NCBI GenBank assembly: GCA_964465375.1
Contig: CAYXIJ010000014.1
Location: forward strand, 735 to 64,734
Length of the DNA: 64,000 nucleotides
Reading direction: 5' to 3'
Source of the DNA: an uncultured Gammaproteobacteria bacterium
GTDB taxonomy: Bacteria; Pseudomonadota; Gammaproteobacteria; Steroidobacterales; Rariloculaceae
Shown here piece by piece: positions 47,782-58,358 of this stretch. The notes beneath the pieces were generated by a model. The model ran no database searches and was not told where the DNA came from. It saw nothing but the letters and a program-made list of their open reading frames with translations. Position 1 is the first letter of the stretch. The number at the start of each line of letters is the position of its first letter. A program made the translations under genes and the position numbers.

Positions 47782-49170
47782 ATGGCACTCTATTTACATA
47801 ATAGCTTTACTGGTTCGAGAGAGAAATTTGAGCCAGCCGACCCTGAGCGAGTAACCATGTATGTCTGTGGCCCAACAGTGTATAGCTTTGCTCATATTGG
47901 AAATGCTCGGCCGGCGGTGGTATTTGATGTTCTTGCTAGATTACTACGCCGCAAGTACAGGCTTGTCTATGTACGAAATATCACAGACGTGGACGATAAG
48001 ATAAATATGGCGGCCAAAGAGCAGGGGATTGATATAAACCTACTGACATCTAAATACATAACTGCCTATCAGGAGGACATGGCGTCACTTGGTGTGCTGT
48101 CGCCGGATATTGAGCCTAGAGTAACCGAGCATATACCCCAAATAATAGACTTGATTATTAGACTCATTGACTCTGGTCATGCTTACCATGCCGAAGATCA
48201 TGTAGTTTTTTCAGTAGAGAGTTACCCGGCATACGGAAAACTATCAGGACGGAATCCAGCAGAATTGGTTGCCGGAGCACGCGTTGAGGTTGCATCTTAC
48301 AAGCAGCACCCGAATGATTTTGTGCTTTGGAAACCCTCGGAATCTGATGTGGTCGGCTGGGATAGTCCTTGGGGTCGAGGGCGGCCAGGCTGGCACATGG
48401 AGTGTTCTGCTATGGTTGAGGCTCATCTGGGTCGTACGATTGACATCCATGGGGGAGGAATAGATTTAGTGTTTCCTCATCATGAAAATGAGAATGCCCA
48501 ATCAACTTGCGCTCACCGCGGCGAAACATTTGCTAGATACTGGGTTCATAATGGGCTCATTCATGTGAATAGCCAGAAAATGGCCAAGTCCATCGGCAAC
48601 GTATTGTTAGTTAAGGATTTACTAAGGGAAGAATTGGGAGAAGTGATTCGATTAGGATTGCTTGCAACTCATTATCGTCAGCCACTGGACTGGACGATAG
48701 ACGTCTTAAAGGAAGCCCGAAAAAAGTTGGACCGAATATATGGCGTATTGCGAGAATCGGGAGTGACTGACAGTAAGCAGCCTTCCCCTAAGCTAGAGCC
48801 TCCCGAGGAAGTCGTACGTGCGTTAGAAGATGATGTAAACACACCGCTAGCCCTTACTGAACTTTTGGCCATTACGAGGGACGCAAACCGGACCACAAAT
48901 CCCGAACAACGTAGACGGAAGGCGGAATTATTGCGGGCAGGAGCTTGGCTACTGGGCATTGGTCAACGTGATTTTAGGTCCTGGTTTGGCGCTAGCAATA
49001 GATTTGGCGGGCCTGACGAGGCTGTAATTATTGCTATGGTTAAGGAGCGGGAAGTGGCTCGCAGCGCTCGAAATTATGCTGAAGCAGACAGAATAAGGGA
49101 ACAACTCTTTGAGCTCGGTGTCATGATAGAAGATAGTCCTCAGGGAGTACGTTGGCGCAGGGTGAATTGA
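47782..49170 (+). CDS. cysS: Cysteine--tRNA ligase
   Basis: [42 protein letters not shown]. Confidence 0.97.
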   Translation: MALYLHNSFTGSREKFEPADPERVTMYVCGPTVYSFAHIGNARPAVVFDVLARLLRRKYRLVYVRNITDVDDKINMAAKEQGIDINLLTSKYITAYQEDMASLGVLSPDIEPRVTEHIPQIIDLIIRLIDSGHAYHAEDHVVFSVESYPAYGKLSGRNPAELVAGARVEVASYKQHPNDFVLWKPSESDVVGWDSPWGRGRPGWHMECSAMVEAHLGRTIDIHGGGIDLVFPHHENENAQSTCAHRGETFARYWVHNGLIHVNSQKMAKSIGNVLLVKDLLREELGEVIRLGLLATHYRQPLDWTIDVLKEARKKLDRIYGVLRESGVTDSKQPSPKLEPPEEVVRALEDDVNTPLALTELLAITRDANRTTNPEQRRRKAELLRAGAWLLGIGQRDFRSWFGASNRFGGPDEAVIIAMVKEREVARSARNYAEADRIREQLFELGVMIEDSPQGVRWRRVN

Positions 49171-49174
49171 GGAA

Positions 49175-49423
49175 ATGAAAGGCATGTCTAACTGGTGTGT
49201 AATGATGCTAATAAGTTTGATCAGGGGTTATCAATATTGGATATCACCTTGGTTGGGTGATAGTTGTCGTTACCTCCCAAGTTGCTCACATTATGCAATA
49301 GAGGCAATTGAGAGATTTGGTCCACTCAAGGGTGCGTATTTAGCCTCCAGAAGAATTGTACGCTGTCACCCGTGGCAAGAGGGCGGTTATGACCCAGTAC
49401 CGGTTCATAAGGTATCGAGTTAA
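49175..49423 (+). CDS. yidD: Membrane protein insertion efficiency factor YidD
   Basis: [31 protein letters not shown]. Confidence 0.93.
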   Translation: MKGMSNWCVMMLISLIRGYQYWISPWLGDSCRYLPSCSHYAIEAIERFGPLKGAYLASRRIVRCHPWQEGGYDPVPVHKVSS

Positions 49424-49432
49424 GCTGTTACC

Positions 49433-49702
49433 ATGGGTTTCGATAAAGTATTGCTAGATATTATCTGCTGTCCGGTGACCCACCTACCACTGGAGTTGAT
49501 GGGTCAAGCTCAGCTGGATAGGCTCAATGATTTAATCGAGCAATCCAAGATTAAGGCTTTCGATGACTCTTTTCTTGAGGAAAAGCTCAGCGGAGCGCTT
49601 GTCACTAAGGATAGTAAGCTTGCCTACCCAATAATTGACGGGATACCTATCTTGATAGAGGAAAGGGGTATTTTACTTTCACAATTAGAAGAAGAATATT
49701 GA
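49433..49702 (+). CDS. Trm112-family protein (89-aa form)
   Basis: LLDIICCP...YPIIDGIPILI. Confidence 0.85.
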   Translation: MGFDKVLLDIICCPVTHLPLELMGQAQLDRLNDLIEQSKIKAFDDSFLEEKLSGALVTKDSKLAYPIIDGIPILIEERGILLSQLEEEY

Positions 49703-50727
49703 AAATCAGTGGTAACCATCTGTCGAGACATCTGAATAAGGATTTGGCGGGGGCTTATCTGGTTTCGGGTGATGAGCCATTGCTGGTTATGGAAGCTGCT
49801 GATTCAATTCGAGAAGCGGCAGCTAGACACGGCTTTCAACACCGTGACCTGAACATAGTGGAACAGGGATTTCAGTGGACAGAGCTTGAGGCAGCCGCAG
49901 AAAATTTATCCTTATTTGCTAGCCGTCGTATTTTGGAATTACGCCTTCCTACACCTAAGCCTGGCGTCCTAGGTGGGCGTAGTATTCGTGCTTTAGCTGA
50001 ATGCTCAAATCCGGACCGATTGTTGTTAGTAGTTACCAGCAAACTGGGTGAGGCTGTAAAAAGTGCCTGGGCAAAAGCGATTGAAACCAACGGTGTTTTG
50101 GTTCAGGTATGGCCTGTTGAGCGCAGGCATTTAGTTAGCTGGATTCAGAATAGGGCGACACGTTCAAAGCTCGAACTTACAAGTGATGCTGCGGAGTTTC
50201 TTGCGGACAAAGTAGAGGGCAACCTGTTAGCTGCAGACCAAGAGCTTGTAAAATTAGCTCTTGTGCGCGGCGAAGGAAAGCTCAATGCGGAGGTGATGGC
50301 AAAAAGCGTGGCCATGAACGCTAGATTCGATGTTTTTAATCTTACCGATGCCTTAATAGGGGGGCGGGCTCGACGGGCGTTTGAGATTCTCGATGGACTC
50401 AAGGCCGAAGGTGTGGCACCAGTTTTGATATCATGGGCGCTTATTCGAGAGCTTACGCTGTTGGCGCGCATAAAAATTACACTCCGGCAAGGTGGAGACT
50501 TGGTTCAGATATTGAACAAATTTAAAGTTTGGCATCGGCGCCAGCCAATCATAAAAAGAGCATTGGAGAGCTACAGCGAAGGGTCTTTAACGGTATTGCT
50601 GTACCAAGCAGCCGAAGTTGATCGCGTCATTAAAGGTGTAAACAAGGGGCGACCTTGGGATGCCCTAACTCAACTGGTTTTAGCTTTTTTTGAGGCGAGT
50701 CGCCATAAGACACAGTCTCTTGTCTAG
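49699..50727 (+). CDS. holA: DNA polymerase III delta subunit
   Basis: YLVSGDEPLL, SLFASRRILELR, EGNLLAADQEL.KL; upstream of nadD. Confidence 0.95.
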   Translation: MKISGNHLSRHLNKDLAGAYLVSGDEPLLVMEAADSIREAAARHGFQHRDLNIVEQGFQWTELEAAAENLSLFASRRILELRLPTPKPGVLGGRSIRALAECSNPDRLLLVVTSKLGEAVKSAWAKAIETNGVLVQVWPVERRHLVSWIQNRATRSKLELTSDAAEFLADKVEGNLLAADQELVKLALVRGEGKLNAEVMAKSVAMNARFDVFNLTDALIGGRARRAFEILDGLKAEGVAPVLISWALIRELTLLARIKITLRQGGDLVQILNKFKVWHRRQPIIKRALESYSEGSLTVLLYQAAEVDRVIKGVNKGRPWDALTQLVLAFFEASRHKTQSLV

Positions 50728-50748
50728 TTGTTAGTGTTAGGTTTCGTG

Positions 50749-51390
50749 ATGCGTCCAATTGGGATTTTCGGTGGAACTTTTGACCCGATTCACTACGGTC
50801 ATCTCCGGACCGCATTAGAGTTACTACAAGCTTTGGATTTGTCAGAAATTCTCTTCGTGCCTTGCGGAGATCCACCTCATCGTTTGAGTCCAACTGCATC
50901 TAGTGACCTTCGGCTGTGTATGGCAGCGGCAGCAATAAAGGGATATGAGCGTTTTCTGGTAGATAATCGGGAATTGAAGAAAGATGCGTCGTCCTATTCT
51001 GTAGACACTTTGCGTAGCCTAAAATCTGACTATCAAGATCGATCCCTTTGTCTTCTTGTTGGGATGGATTCTTTCCTCAATTTTCAGGAATGGCATCAAT
51101 GGTCGGAGATTCTCGAGCTTGGCCACATTGTTGTTGCTCGCCGGCCAGGATGGAAGATTCCTGTGGCGGGGAGTCTAGAAGAGTTGGTGAGCAAAAGAAG
51201 CACTCATCATGTTGAAGACCTTCATGAGAGAAGGTCCGGATGCATTCATGTACGTTCGGTTACTCAGTTGGAAATTTCCTCGACTGAGATTCGCTCTTTA
51301 ATTAAAGCTGGGGATGATCCTAAGTATCTAGTTCCTGATGCTGTAAGAGACATCATTACTGAAACAAGGTGTTATGTCGGAGACACATAA
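50749..51390 (+). CDS. nadD: Nicotinate-nucleotide adenylyltransferase
   Basis: GIFGGTFDPIHYGH, SYSVDTL, ISSTEIR. Confidence 0.97.
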   Translation: MRPIGIFGGTFDPIHYGHLRTALELLQALDLSEILFVPCGDPPHRLSPTASSDLRLCMAAAAIKGYERFLVDNRELKKDASSYSVDTLRSLKSDYQDRSLCLLVGMDSFLNFQEWHQWSEILELGHIVVARRPGWKIPVAGSLEELVSKRSTHHVEDLHERRSGCIHVRSVTQLEISSTEIRSLIKAGDDPKYLVPDAVRDIITETRCYVGDT

Positions 51391-51730
51391 GCGTAAGCAA
51401 CTTAACAGCGATGAGCTTGCCGCTTTGGTGGTTATGATTCTTAGTGATCTAAAAGCAGAATCGGTTAAGAGTCTAAATGTTGGGCATCTTACGGCATTGA
51501 CTGATGTCATGATTATTGCGAGCGGTCGTTCCAGCCGCCATGTAAATTCTCTTTCGGATGCTGTGGTTCAGCGCTGTAACGCTGCTGGCTACCGACCAAT
51601 TGGTGTGGAAGGGGGGGGCGCTGGTGAATGGGTATTAGTCGATCTCGTGAATGTGGTAATACATATAATGCTTCCTAAGGCTAGGGAGTTTTATAACCTC
51701 GAGGCACTCTGGGACCTGCGGGAAAGTTAG
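51374..51730 (+). CDS. rsfS: Ribosome silencing factor RsfS
   Basis: IIASGRSSRHV, EWVLVDL, REFYNLEALW. Confidence 0.95.
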   Translation: MSETHKRKQLNSDELAALVVMILSDLKAESVKSLNVGHLTALTDVMIIASGRSSRHVNSLSDAVVQRCNAAGYRPIGVEGGGAGEWVLVDLVNVVIHIMLPKAREFYNLEALWDLRES

Positions 51731-51784
51731 TAGAACAAGGAAAGGAAAAGAATTGGACTGTAACTTTGTTCTAGGAAAGCCGTA

Positions 51785-52255
51785 ATGCGCATATTAATTT
51801 TGGGCGCCAGCAATCGTCAGCCTGTTTGGGTTTACAAAGCGTACCAAGAATATGCTAAGAGATTTAAGGCAGGTTTTGTACTTGAGTTTCAGGAAATTCC
51901 CTTAGCTAAGCGCAGTGGTGTAACACAGAATAGGAAGTCGTTTGAAAAAGAAGGGCAGCGTATGCTTAGAGCAGTTCCAGATGGTGCTCATGTGGTAGCG
52001 CTTGAGCAGGATGGACAACCTTGGAGTACCTACGAACTCAAGGGACGATTGGAAGTATGGATGCAGTTGGGGCAGCCACTGTGTTTCCTAGTGGGGGGGC
52101 CAGAAGGTCTACCCGAGGCTTGCCTAGGGCGTGCTAAGGAGCGTTGGTCCCTCTCTAATCTCACATTACCCCACGGCTTGGTGCGTGTTGTGTTAGCTGA
52201 AGCTCTTTATAGGGCTTGGAGTATTCTCCAGCATCATCCATACCACCGCTCTTGA
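51785..52255 (+). CDS. rlmH: 23S rRNA (pseudouridine1915-N3)-methyltransferase
   Basis: VGGPEGL, WSLSNLTLPH, LYRAWSI...HPYHR. Confidence 0.96.
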   Translation: MRILILGASNRQPVWVYKAYQEYAKRFKAGFVLEFQEIPLAKRSGVTQNRKSFEKEGQRMLRAVPDGAHVVALEQDGQPWSTYELKGRLEVWMQLGQPLCFLVGGPEGLPEACLGRAKERWSLSNLTLPHGLVRVVLAEALYRAWSILQHHPYHRS

Positions 52256-52408
52256 ATTGCTCACTGTTTGGAGAGAGAGATTTAATTAGTCGCATGTAGC
52301 TCTTATAGTCCCTCGCTGAGGGGCGTACTATTGTGCGACTTATAGTGGTGAGGTGACTGTACTCGTTTTAATCAAGTAGACGATGTGATCATGAAAAAGT
52401 GAAGAACC

Positions 52409-55400
52409 GTGTGGGTATTGTTTAATAAGATGGCAAAATTTTTGGCCGCTGTGTTGGCAGTTGCTGCAGTATTCGTTTTCATGGGGCTAGGCACATTTCG
52501 GTTTCTACTCACCCAACTTCCAAATTACGAAAGTGAAATTCAAGCCTGGGCTCGGGATACGTTTGGCTTAACATTGCGTTTTTCCCACTTGGATGCCAGT
52601 TGGACCTTGAGTGGCCCAGAGTTGACTTTCTATCAAGCCAGTATTGGTGATGGAGGGCTTAGTGTTGGGGAGGCGATCATTGATCTTAATGCAATTAAAT
52701 TGCTTGTTCGGCGCCAGTTGGTTGTAGACGAATTAATTCTTCAGGGAACCCATATTACGGTCGAACAAACTTCCGAAGGCCTACGCCTTCAGGGTGTTGC
52801 TACAGAAAGTGATGCGCAAGCTGAGATAGACCTAAAAGATATTCCGCCTGTTCGAGTAGCCGTGCGTAATAGCAGCGTTCTCTATGTTGACCAAACGCGT
52901 GGTGAGTCCCTTTGGCAATTTGATAGTGTGACCATGGCCCTTGATCGGGATGATGAGCGAATTCTCCTAGAGGCTCGCGTAGATGCACCACACGATCTTG
53001 GTAGTCGCATCGAACTTTCCGCAGAAGGGGAGCTACAAACTTCTGATACTTCTGGTAATGAACGTTGGCGTTTATTTTTTGATCTTCGTCAGGTTGACTT
53101 AGCAGAGCTGGTCCAATTGTTACCAAATAGTAACGGTACATTACCGGAGACAGGGATAGGAGATTTTTCTCTTTGGCTGTACTGGCAAGAGGGAGAACTT
53201 TTGGAGGCAACTGCACAATTGGTAGCCAGTAACCTAGTTCTAGCGGGAACAAGTGAATTGGGGCAGCAAGATTTTTCCTACGAGAACGTAGATCTGACAG
53301 CTGAGTGGAGCCGGGCCGATAGGGGATGGCAGCTTGCGCTTAGCAATGTAACCGTGGTTCGTAATGGTAGGGTCTGGCCGGATGATAGTCACGTCGACCT
53401 AAAGGTTGGCGTAGGGCCTGAAGGGTTCGACTTACTTGGCTTGCGAGCAAACTTTTTAAGGTTGGAGGATGTTGGTCCGTTCATAAATCTACTGCCCAAA
53501 GGTTTCAAGAGCTATCCATGGGCGGAATTAGCGCCGCAAGGTGATCTTGTGGATGTTGCTCTTGATCTTGTTCATACGACTGGGGAGAGGTGGGAATATC
53601 AGTTTGCAGCAGGCCTTCGTGATGTTGGTGTTCAGTCTGTAAACGAGTTGCCGGGTTTCTCCGGGCTAACTGGGGATTTGCGCACCGACGAGCGTAGCGG
53701 CCGATTTAACATTTTTACCGAAGATTTAAAGTTTGACTGGTCAACATATTTTCGTGAACCGCTGGAGATGGACCTTTTTTCAGGAATTTTTTTATGGCGG
53801 CGTGGTCAATCTAATGTCCGACTGGTTAGCGACGACTTGATTCTAGAGAATCAAGATGGCTCTATTAATTTAGACTTGGAACTAACAATACCAACTGATA
53901 ATGGTTCACCGTATCTTGAGATTGAGTCAGATATTGCAAGGTTTAGTGCAGCTTCCCTAAAGCGGTATATTCCAGCCCACAGAATGCCACTAAAAGTGGT
54001 GGATTGGTTAGACCATGCAATTGTGGCAGGGCAGATCAAAGAGGGGTGGCTAAGTTTTGCCGGCTCTCCCAGCGATTTTCCTTTTGATGGGGCGCAGGGG
54101 GAGCTTCGAGGCGTTGCTAGAATAGAAGATGGCATTGTCCAATTCATGGAGGGCTGGCCATCCGCTCAAGACCTAAATGGAACAATGGAATTTTTTAATT
54201 CTAGCTTCAAAAGTTACGGAAGTGGGCGTATTTCAGGGCACCGAACATCTGATCTCTCGGTAGTTTTTGAGGATTTTCGAGAGGGTACTATCACTATAAA
54301 AACAGTTTCTGACGGATCGTTAGAAGATTTCGTAACTTTTATGAAAGATGTTCCAATGATTGTTGGTTACTTAGGGCCTGATCTTGGACGTTTAGATTCT
54401 GGGTCTGGTCGTTCCGAGGTGTCGGTGGATTTGAGTTTACCGTTGAGAAATCCTGGCACTTATGATTTGGAGGCTAGCCTGAAAATTTTTGATGGAGAGC
54501 TTTTTGTGGGAGGTTTTAGTCCTCGGGTAACGGAAATCAATGGCATGTTTAGTTTGCATCAGGGGGTCGTCACTGGAGATAGAATAGAGGCAAACTTTCT
54601 AGACGAACCTTTTTTAGCCCGCGTGGTACCTACCAATGAACTTGGTTATCGTGTGCGACTAGATTTTGGTGGGGAAGTCGATGCAGAAGATTTGGGAGCT
54701 GCTTTTGATCTGCCCTTCCTTGATTATCTTGATGGGCGGACTCAATGGCACGGTGGCTTATTTCTGCCGGCGCATTCAGATGAGTTTGAAGTACCGTTGA
54801 AGATTAATTTGGCATCGGACCTATCAGGTTTAGCATTCAGGCTTCCCGATCCAATGTTTAAAGCAGCTAGCGAGCAGACGAATTTCAGCGCCGAATTTTT
54901 GTTCCCTCCCAATCAGCTGAAAGTGCAAGGGGCGCTAGGGCTTGAACAACGCTTTGCGTTTGATTTTCACAATATGAACGATGGCTTGGTATTTGACCGT
55001 GGCGGAGTTAGTTTTGGCGGCTCAGATTTATTGTTTCCCCTCGAGCGGGGCCTGCTACTTCAAGGTCATTTACCACTGTTGCGCTTAGATGATTGGCTTG
55101 ATATTTTTCAAAGTGCTCCTTCAAGTATTTGGCCTGGAGTCGGGGTGCTTGATGCCAATCTTGCAGTCATGGAATTTAGCGTCTTTGGTCAGCGTCTAGG
55201 TAATACTGATCTCAGCGTTAGTCGGGTAAGGAGACAATGGTTTGTAGATATTGAAAGCGAAACGGTGGCAGGTAAATTGGTTTTACCCCCCGATCTTAAT
55301 AGTCGAGAGCAAGTTTTGGCGAATATGTCGCGGCTGCACCTTTCTCCTAGGGATAGTGCTGGTATGGAAAAGACAGATCCACGCGATCTGCCGGGGTTCC

Positions 55401-56254
55401 TGATTCAATCTGGGCAGTTTTCTATCGGTAACCGACACTTCGGGCAATTGGATGCTGACATTAAAGCAGACCCCCTTGGTCTTCGCGTGCACTCACTTAA
55501 GGCAACTCACGAGAGCTTTGCATTGGGGGGTGAGGGCAGCTGGTTTAAAGGCACTTCTGAATCTGACACACACCTTACATTCACTCTCAATAGCAGCGAT
55601 GTTGCTGGTACCCTTACGGCGCTAGGTTTTGATCCTGTGGTTGAGGGTCAACAAGCTGATCTTGTGGCCGATATTTTCTGGTCTGGACCTCCTTCGACTG
55701 ACTGGAGTGAGCACCTGAACGGCGGTCTGACTTTATACATGAAGGAAGGAAGCGTTTTGGACCTTGAGCCCGGTGCTGGACGTATGGTTGGACTCATGAG
55801 TATTACGGCGCTACCTAGACGTTTAGCCCTCGACTTTCGTGATGTTTTCAATAGAGGGCTGGTATTTGATGAGTTGACAGGCGATTTTGTCATTATCGAT
55901 GGGGACGCTTACACAGATAATTTTAAGCTAACGGGACCAGCTGCCGAAATCGGAGTAGTTGGCCGAACTGGTTTAAGAGACCGGGATTGGCAGCAGCTGG
56001 CTGTAGTTACAGCGGAGCCGGGCAATATGCTTCCCACTGTTGGCGCAATACTTGGTGGTAGTGGCCTGGGTGCAGCCCTTCTTATCTTTACTCAAATCTT
56101 TAAGGAACCATTGAAGGGGATTGGCCGTGCATCTTATTGCTTAACTGGTACGTGGGACGAGCCAGCGGTACAGCAGTTATTGCCTGAAGATTTGGAGGAA
56201 GGACGACAGTGTGCAGGCGCCCCTCCTGGTGGGTTCAACATTGCAAGTCCCTAA
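52409..56254 (+). CDS. yhdP: AsmA-family phospholipid transport protein YhdP (TIGR02099-like)
   Basis: 1281 aa; N-terminal TM; FPF....G motif; C-terminal [17 protein letters not shown] and Y.LTGTWDEP; upstream of tldD. Confidence 0.9.
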   Translation: MWVLFNKMAKFLAAVLAVAAVFVFMGLGTFRFLLTQLPNYESEIQAWARDTFGLTLRFSHLDASWTLSGPELTFYQASIGDGGLSVGEAIIDLNAIKLLVRRQLVVDELILQGTHITVEQTSEGLRLQGVATESDAQAEIDLKDIPPVRVAVRNSSVLYVDQTRGESLWQFDSVTMALDRDDERILLEARVDAPHDLGSRIELSAEGELQTSDTSGNERWRLFFDLRQVDLAELVQLLPNSNGTLPETGIGDFSLWLYWQEGELLEATAQLVASNLVLAGTSELGQQDFSYENVDLTAEWSRADRGWQLALSNVTVVRNGRVWPDDSHVDLKVGVGPEGFDLLGLRANFLRLEDVGPFINLLPKGFKSYPWAELAPQGDLVDVALDLVHTTGERWEYQFAAGLRDVGVQSVNELPGFSGLTGDLRTDERSGRFNIFTEDLKFDWSTYFREPLEMDLFSGIFLWRRGQSNVRLVSDDLILENQDGSINLDLELTIPTDNGSPYLEIESDIARFSAASLKRYIPAHRMPLKVVDWLDHAIVAGQIKEGWLSFAGSPSDFPFDGAQGELRGVARIEDGIVQFMEGWPSAQDLNGTMEFFNSSFKSYGSGRISGHRTSDLSVVFEDFREGTITIKTVSDGSLEDFVTFMKDVPMIVGYLGPDLGRLDSGSGRSEVSVDLSLPLRNPGTYDLEASLKIFDGELFVGGFSPRVTEINGMFSLHQGVVTGDRIEANFLDEPFLARVVPTNELGYRVRLDFGGEVDAEDLGAAFDLPFLDYLDGRTQWHGGLFLPAHSDEFEVPLKINLASDLSGLAFRLPDPMFKAASEQTNFSAEFLFPPNQLKVQGALGLEQRFAFDFHNMNDGLVFDRGGVSFGGSDLLFPLERGLLLQGHLPLLRLDDWLDIFQSAPSSIWPGVGVLDANLAVMEFSVFGQRLGNTDLSVSRVRRQWFVDIESETVAGKLVLPPDLNSREQVLANMSRLHLSPRDSAGMEKTDPRDLPGFLIQSGQFSIGNRHFGQLDADIKADPLGLRVHSLKATHESFALGGEGSWFKGTSESDTHLTFTLNSSDVAGTLTALGFDPVVEGQQADLVADIFWSGPPSTDWSEHLNGGLTLYMKEGSVLDLEPGAGRMVGLMSITALPRRLALDFRDVFNRGLVFDELTGDFVIIDGDAYTDNFKLTGPAAEIGVVGRTGLRDRDWQQLAVVTAEPGNMLPTVGAILGGSGLGAALLIFTQIFKEPLKGIGRASYCLTGTWDEPAVQQLLPEDLEEGRQCAGAPPGGFNIASP

Positions 56255-56267
56255 TGCGGTGTCTGTC

Positions 56268-57743
56268 ATGAAAAACACTTCAAAATCTACAGGCACCGCG
56301 CCGGATGCTTTCGGCATAGTAAAGCGCCAACTACTTGAGCCCGCTGGCCTTAGTTTTAAGTATCTTGATCATGCATTGAGTTCCCTTATGTCGCAGCGAC
56401 TTGACTATGGGGACCTCTACTTCCAGTGCACACAATACGAGACATGGACGCTAGAAGATTCAATTGTCAAAGATGGTACCCATAGCGTGGATCAGGGGGT
56501 AGGCGTTCGGGCCATTTCGGGTGAGAAGACTGGTTTTGCCTATTCTGATCAATTGGACGAAGCAGCTTTAATGGATGCGGTTGTTGCTGGTCGTGCAATC
56601 GCTAGAGCCTCGGGGAAGGGAAAGGTTAAGGCTCCTAGGCTAGCACCAGAGGGCAAACTGTATTCGTCATTAAATCCTCTTGCTCGCCTAGAAGATGACC
56701 AGAAAGTAGCACTTTTAACTGGTATCGATAAGGAAATTCGTGCAATGGATGAGCGCATTGTGCAGGTGATTGCCAGTCTTTCGAGCGCCCATGAAATAAT
56801 TTTCGTATTAGGCTCCGATGGTACCCAAGGTGCGGATGTGCGGCCTCTTTTTCGTTTAAGTGTATCTGTAATTATGGAGCAAAGCGGGCGTCGTGAGCGG
56901 GGCTCTGGGGGTGGAGGTGGACGCGGAGATTTTTCAGCTTTTGTCTCGGATGGAGCGGGCACACGTATAGGTCAAGAAGCAGTACGTCAGGCATCTGTTA
57001 ACTTAGAGGCAGCTCCTGCACCAGCTGGAAATATGCCGGTCGTGTTGGGTCCAGGTTGGCCGGGAATACTACTGCACGAAGCAATTGGCCATGGTTTGGA
57101 AGGGGATTTCAACAGAAAGGGCACCTCTGCATTTAGCGGGCGAATTGGTGACAGGGTCGCTACTGATCAGTGCACTGTAGTTGACAACGGAACATTGGAA
57201 GGTCGTCGAGGTTCCTTGAACATTGATGACGAGGGAACGCCTACTAGATGCAACACATTGATTGAGAGTGGAGTATTGCGTGGTTATTTGCATGACAAGC
57301 TTAATGCGAGCCTGATGAATACCGCATCCACCGGAAACGGTCGTAGGGAATCATTTGCCCACCCACCTATGCCCCGCATGACAAACACTTACATGTTGCC
57401 TGGAAAATTTGATCCGCAGGAGATCATTGCTTCGGTAAGCAAAGGGCTTTATGCGCCAAATTTTGGTGGCGGGCAGGTTGACATTACCTCAGGCAAATTT
57501 GTGTTCTCCGCGAGCGAAGCTTACCTCATTGAGGGAGGCAAGATTGCCGGACCCGTTAAAGGTGCCATGTTGATTGGTAGTGGGCCCGAGGTGTTGCAGC
57601 AAGTCTCAATGGTAGGCTGTGACTTTGATCTTGATCCCGGCGTTGGTGTGTGTGGCAAAGATGGGCAATCAGTACCAGTTGGTGTGGGTCAGCCAACCAT
57701 AAAGGTAGATTCTCTTACTGTAGGCGGCACAACGACAGACTGA
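56268..57743 (+). CDS. tldD: Metalloprotease TldD
   Basis: [46 protein letters not shown]. Confidence 0.97.
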   Translation: MKNTSKSTGTAPDAFGIVKRQLLEPAGLSFKYLDHALSSLMSQRLDYGDLYFQCTQYETWTLEDSIVKDGTHSVDQGVGVRAISGEKTGFAYSDQLDEAALMDAVVAGRAIARASGKGKVKAPRLAPEGKLYSSLNPLARLEDDQKVALLTGIDKEIRAMDERIVQVIASLSSAHEIIFVLGSDGTQGADVRPLFRLSVSVIMEQSGRRERGSGGGGGRGDFSAFVSDGAGTRIGQEAVRQASVNLEAAPAPAGNMPVVLGPGWPGILLHEAIGHGLEGDFNRKGTSAFSGRIGDRVATDQCTVVDNGTLEGRRGSLNIDDEGTPTRCNTLIESGVLRGYLHDKLNASLMNTASTGNGRRESFAHPPMPRMTNTYMLPGKFDPQEIIASVSKGLYAPNFGGGQVDITSGKFVFSASEAYLIEGGKIAGPVKGAMLIGSGPEVLQQVSMVGCDFDLDPGVGVCGKDGQSVPVGVGQPTIKVDSLTVGGTTTD

Positions 57744-57809
57744 CTACAGTCCGGTTTTTTGAAATTCTGTTTGCGTTTGGCCAAAAATTAATCAAAGACC
57801 ACAGGGCAG

Positions 57810-58304
57810 CTATTCCATTTCGCGGGGATCTGGTTGCTGTAGGACTTTATTTGTTTGTTCGTTTCGGTAGGCTTTTAGTGCGTCTAAAATCTTGGGGTAT
57901 TTTAAACTCAAAATGGAGGCAGCCAAAAGCGCAGCGTTTGTGGCACCTGCGTTTCCAATTGCCAGCGTCCCCACGGGGACTCCTGCAGGCATTTGTACCA
58001 TCGAGAGTAGTGAATCCATTCCATTTAGCGCACGCGATTGTATTGGGATGCCCAGTACTGGTAAGCAAGTTTTGGCAGCGATAGCGCCTGGCAAGGCTGC
58101 AGCACCGCCCGCTGCTCCAATCAATACTTCAAGACCGCGTTTTGAGGCTGTTTCCGTGTATTCCACGAGCTGATCCGGCGTGCGGTGTGCTGAAATGACA
58201 CGTATCTCATGAGTTATGTTTAGAGTTTCTAGGGTTTGCGCAGCGCGACGTACTGTTTCCCAGTCCGAGGCTGAGCCCATAATGATGCCAACTAGAGGTT
58301 TCAT
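57810..58304 (-). CDS. purE: N5-CAIR mutase / AIR carboxylase PurE
   Basis: IIMGSASD, SAHRTP, PVLGIP, SMVQMP.GVPVGT, GATNAALLA; ATG 58304. Confidence 0.95.
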   Translation of the reverse strand: MKPLVGIIMGSASDWETVRRAAQTLETLNITHEIRVISAHRTPDQLVEYTETASKRGLEVLIGAAGGAAALPGAIAAKTCLPVLGIPIQSRALNGMDSLLSMVQMPAGVPVGTLAIGNAGATNAALLAASILSLKYPKILDALKAYRNEQTNKVLQQPDPREME

Positions 58305-58358
58305 ATCGCTATTGTACAGTAGGTAGAATAAGTCTCTCATTCTGGGGGGGCGTTGGTT

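Noticed and set aside
51611-51618. G8 tract in rsfS (also G7 runs in rlmH and at 58344-58350) as phase-variation sites
   Set aside because: Frames are intact, runs are short, coding ones encode Gly, and the strand is G-rich overall
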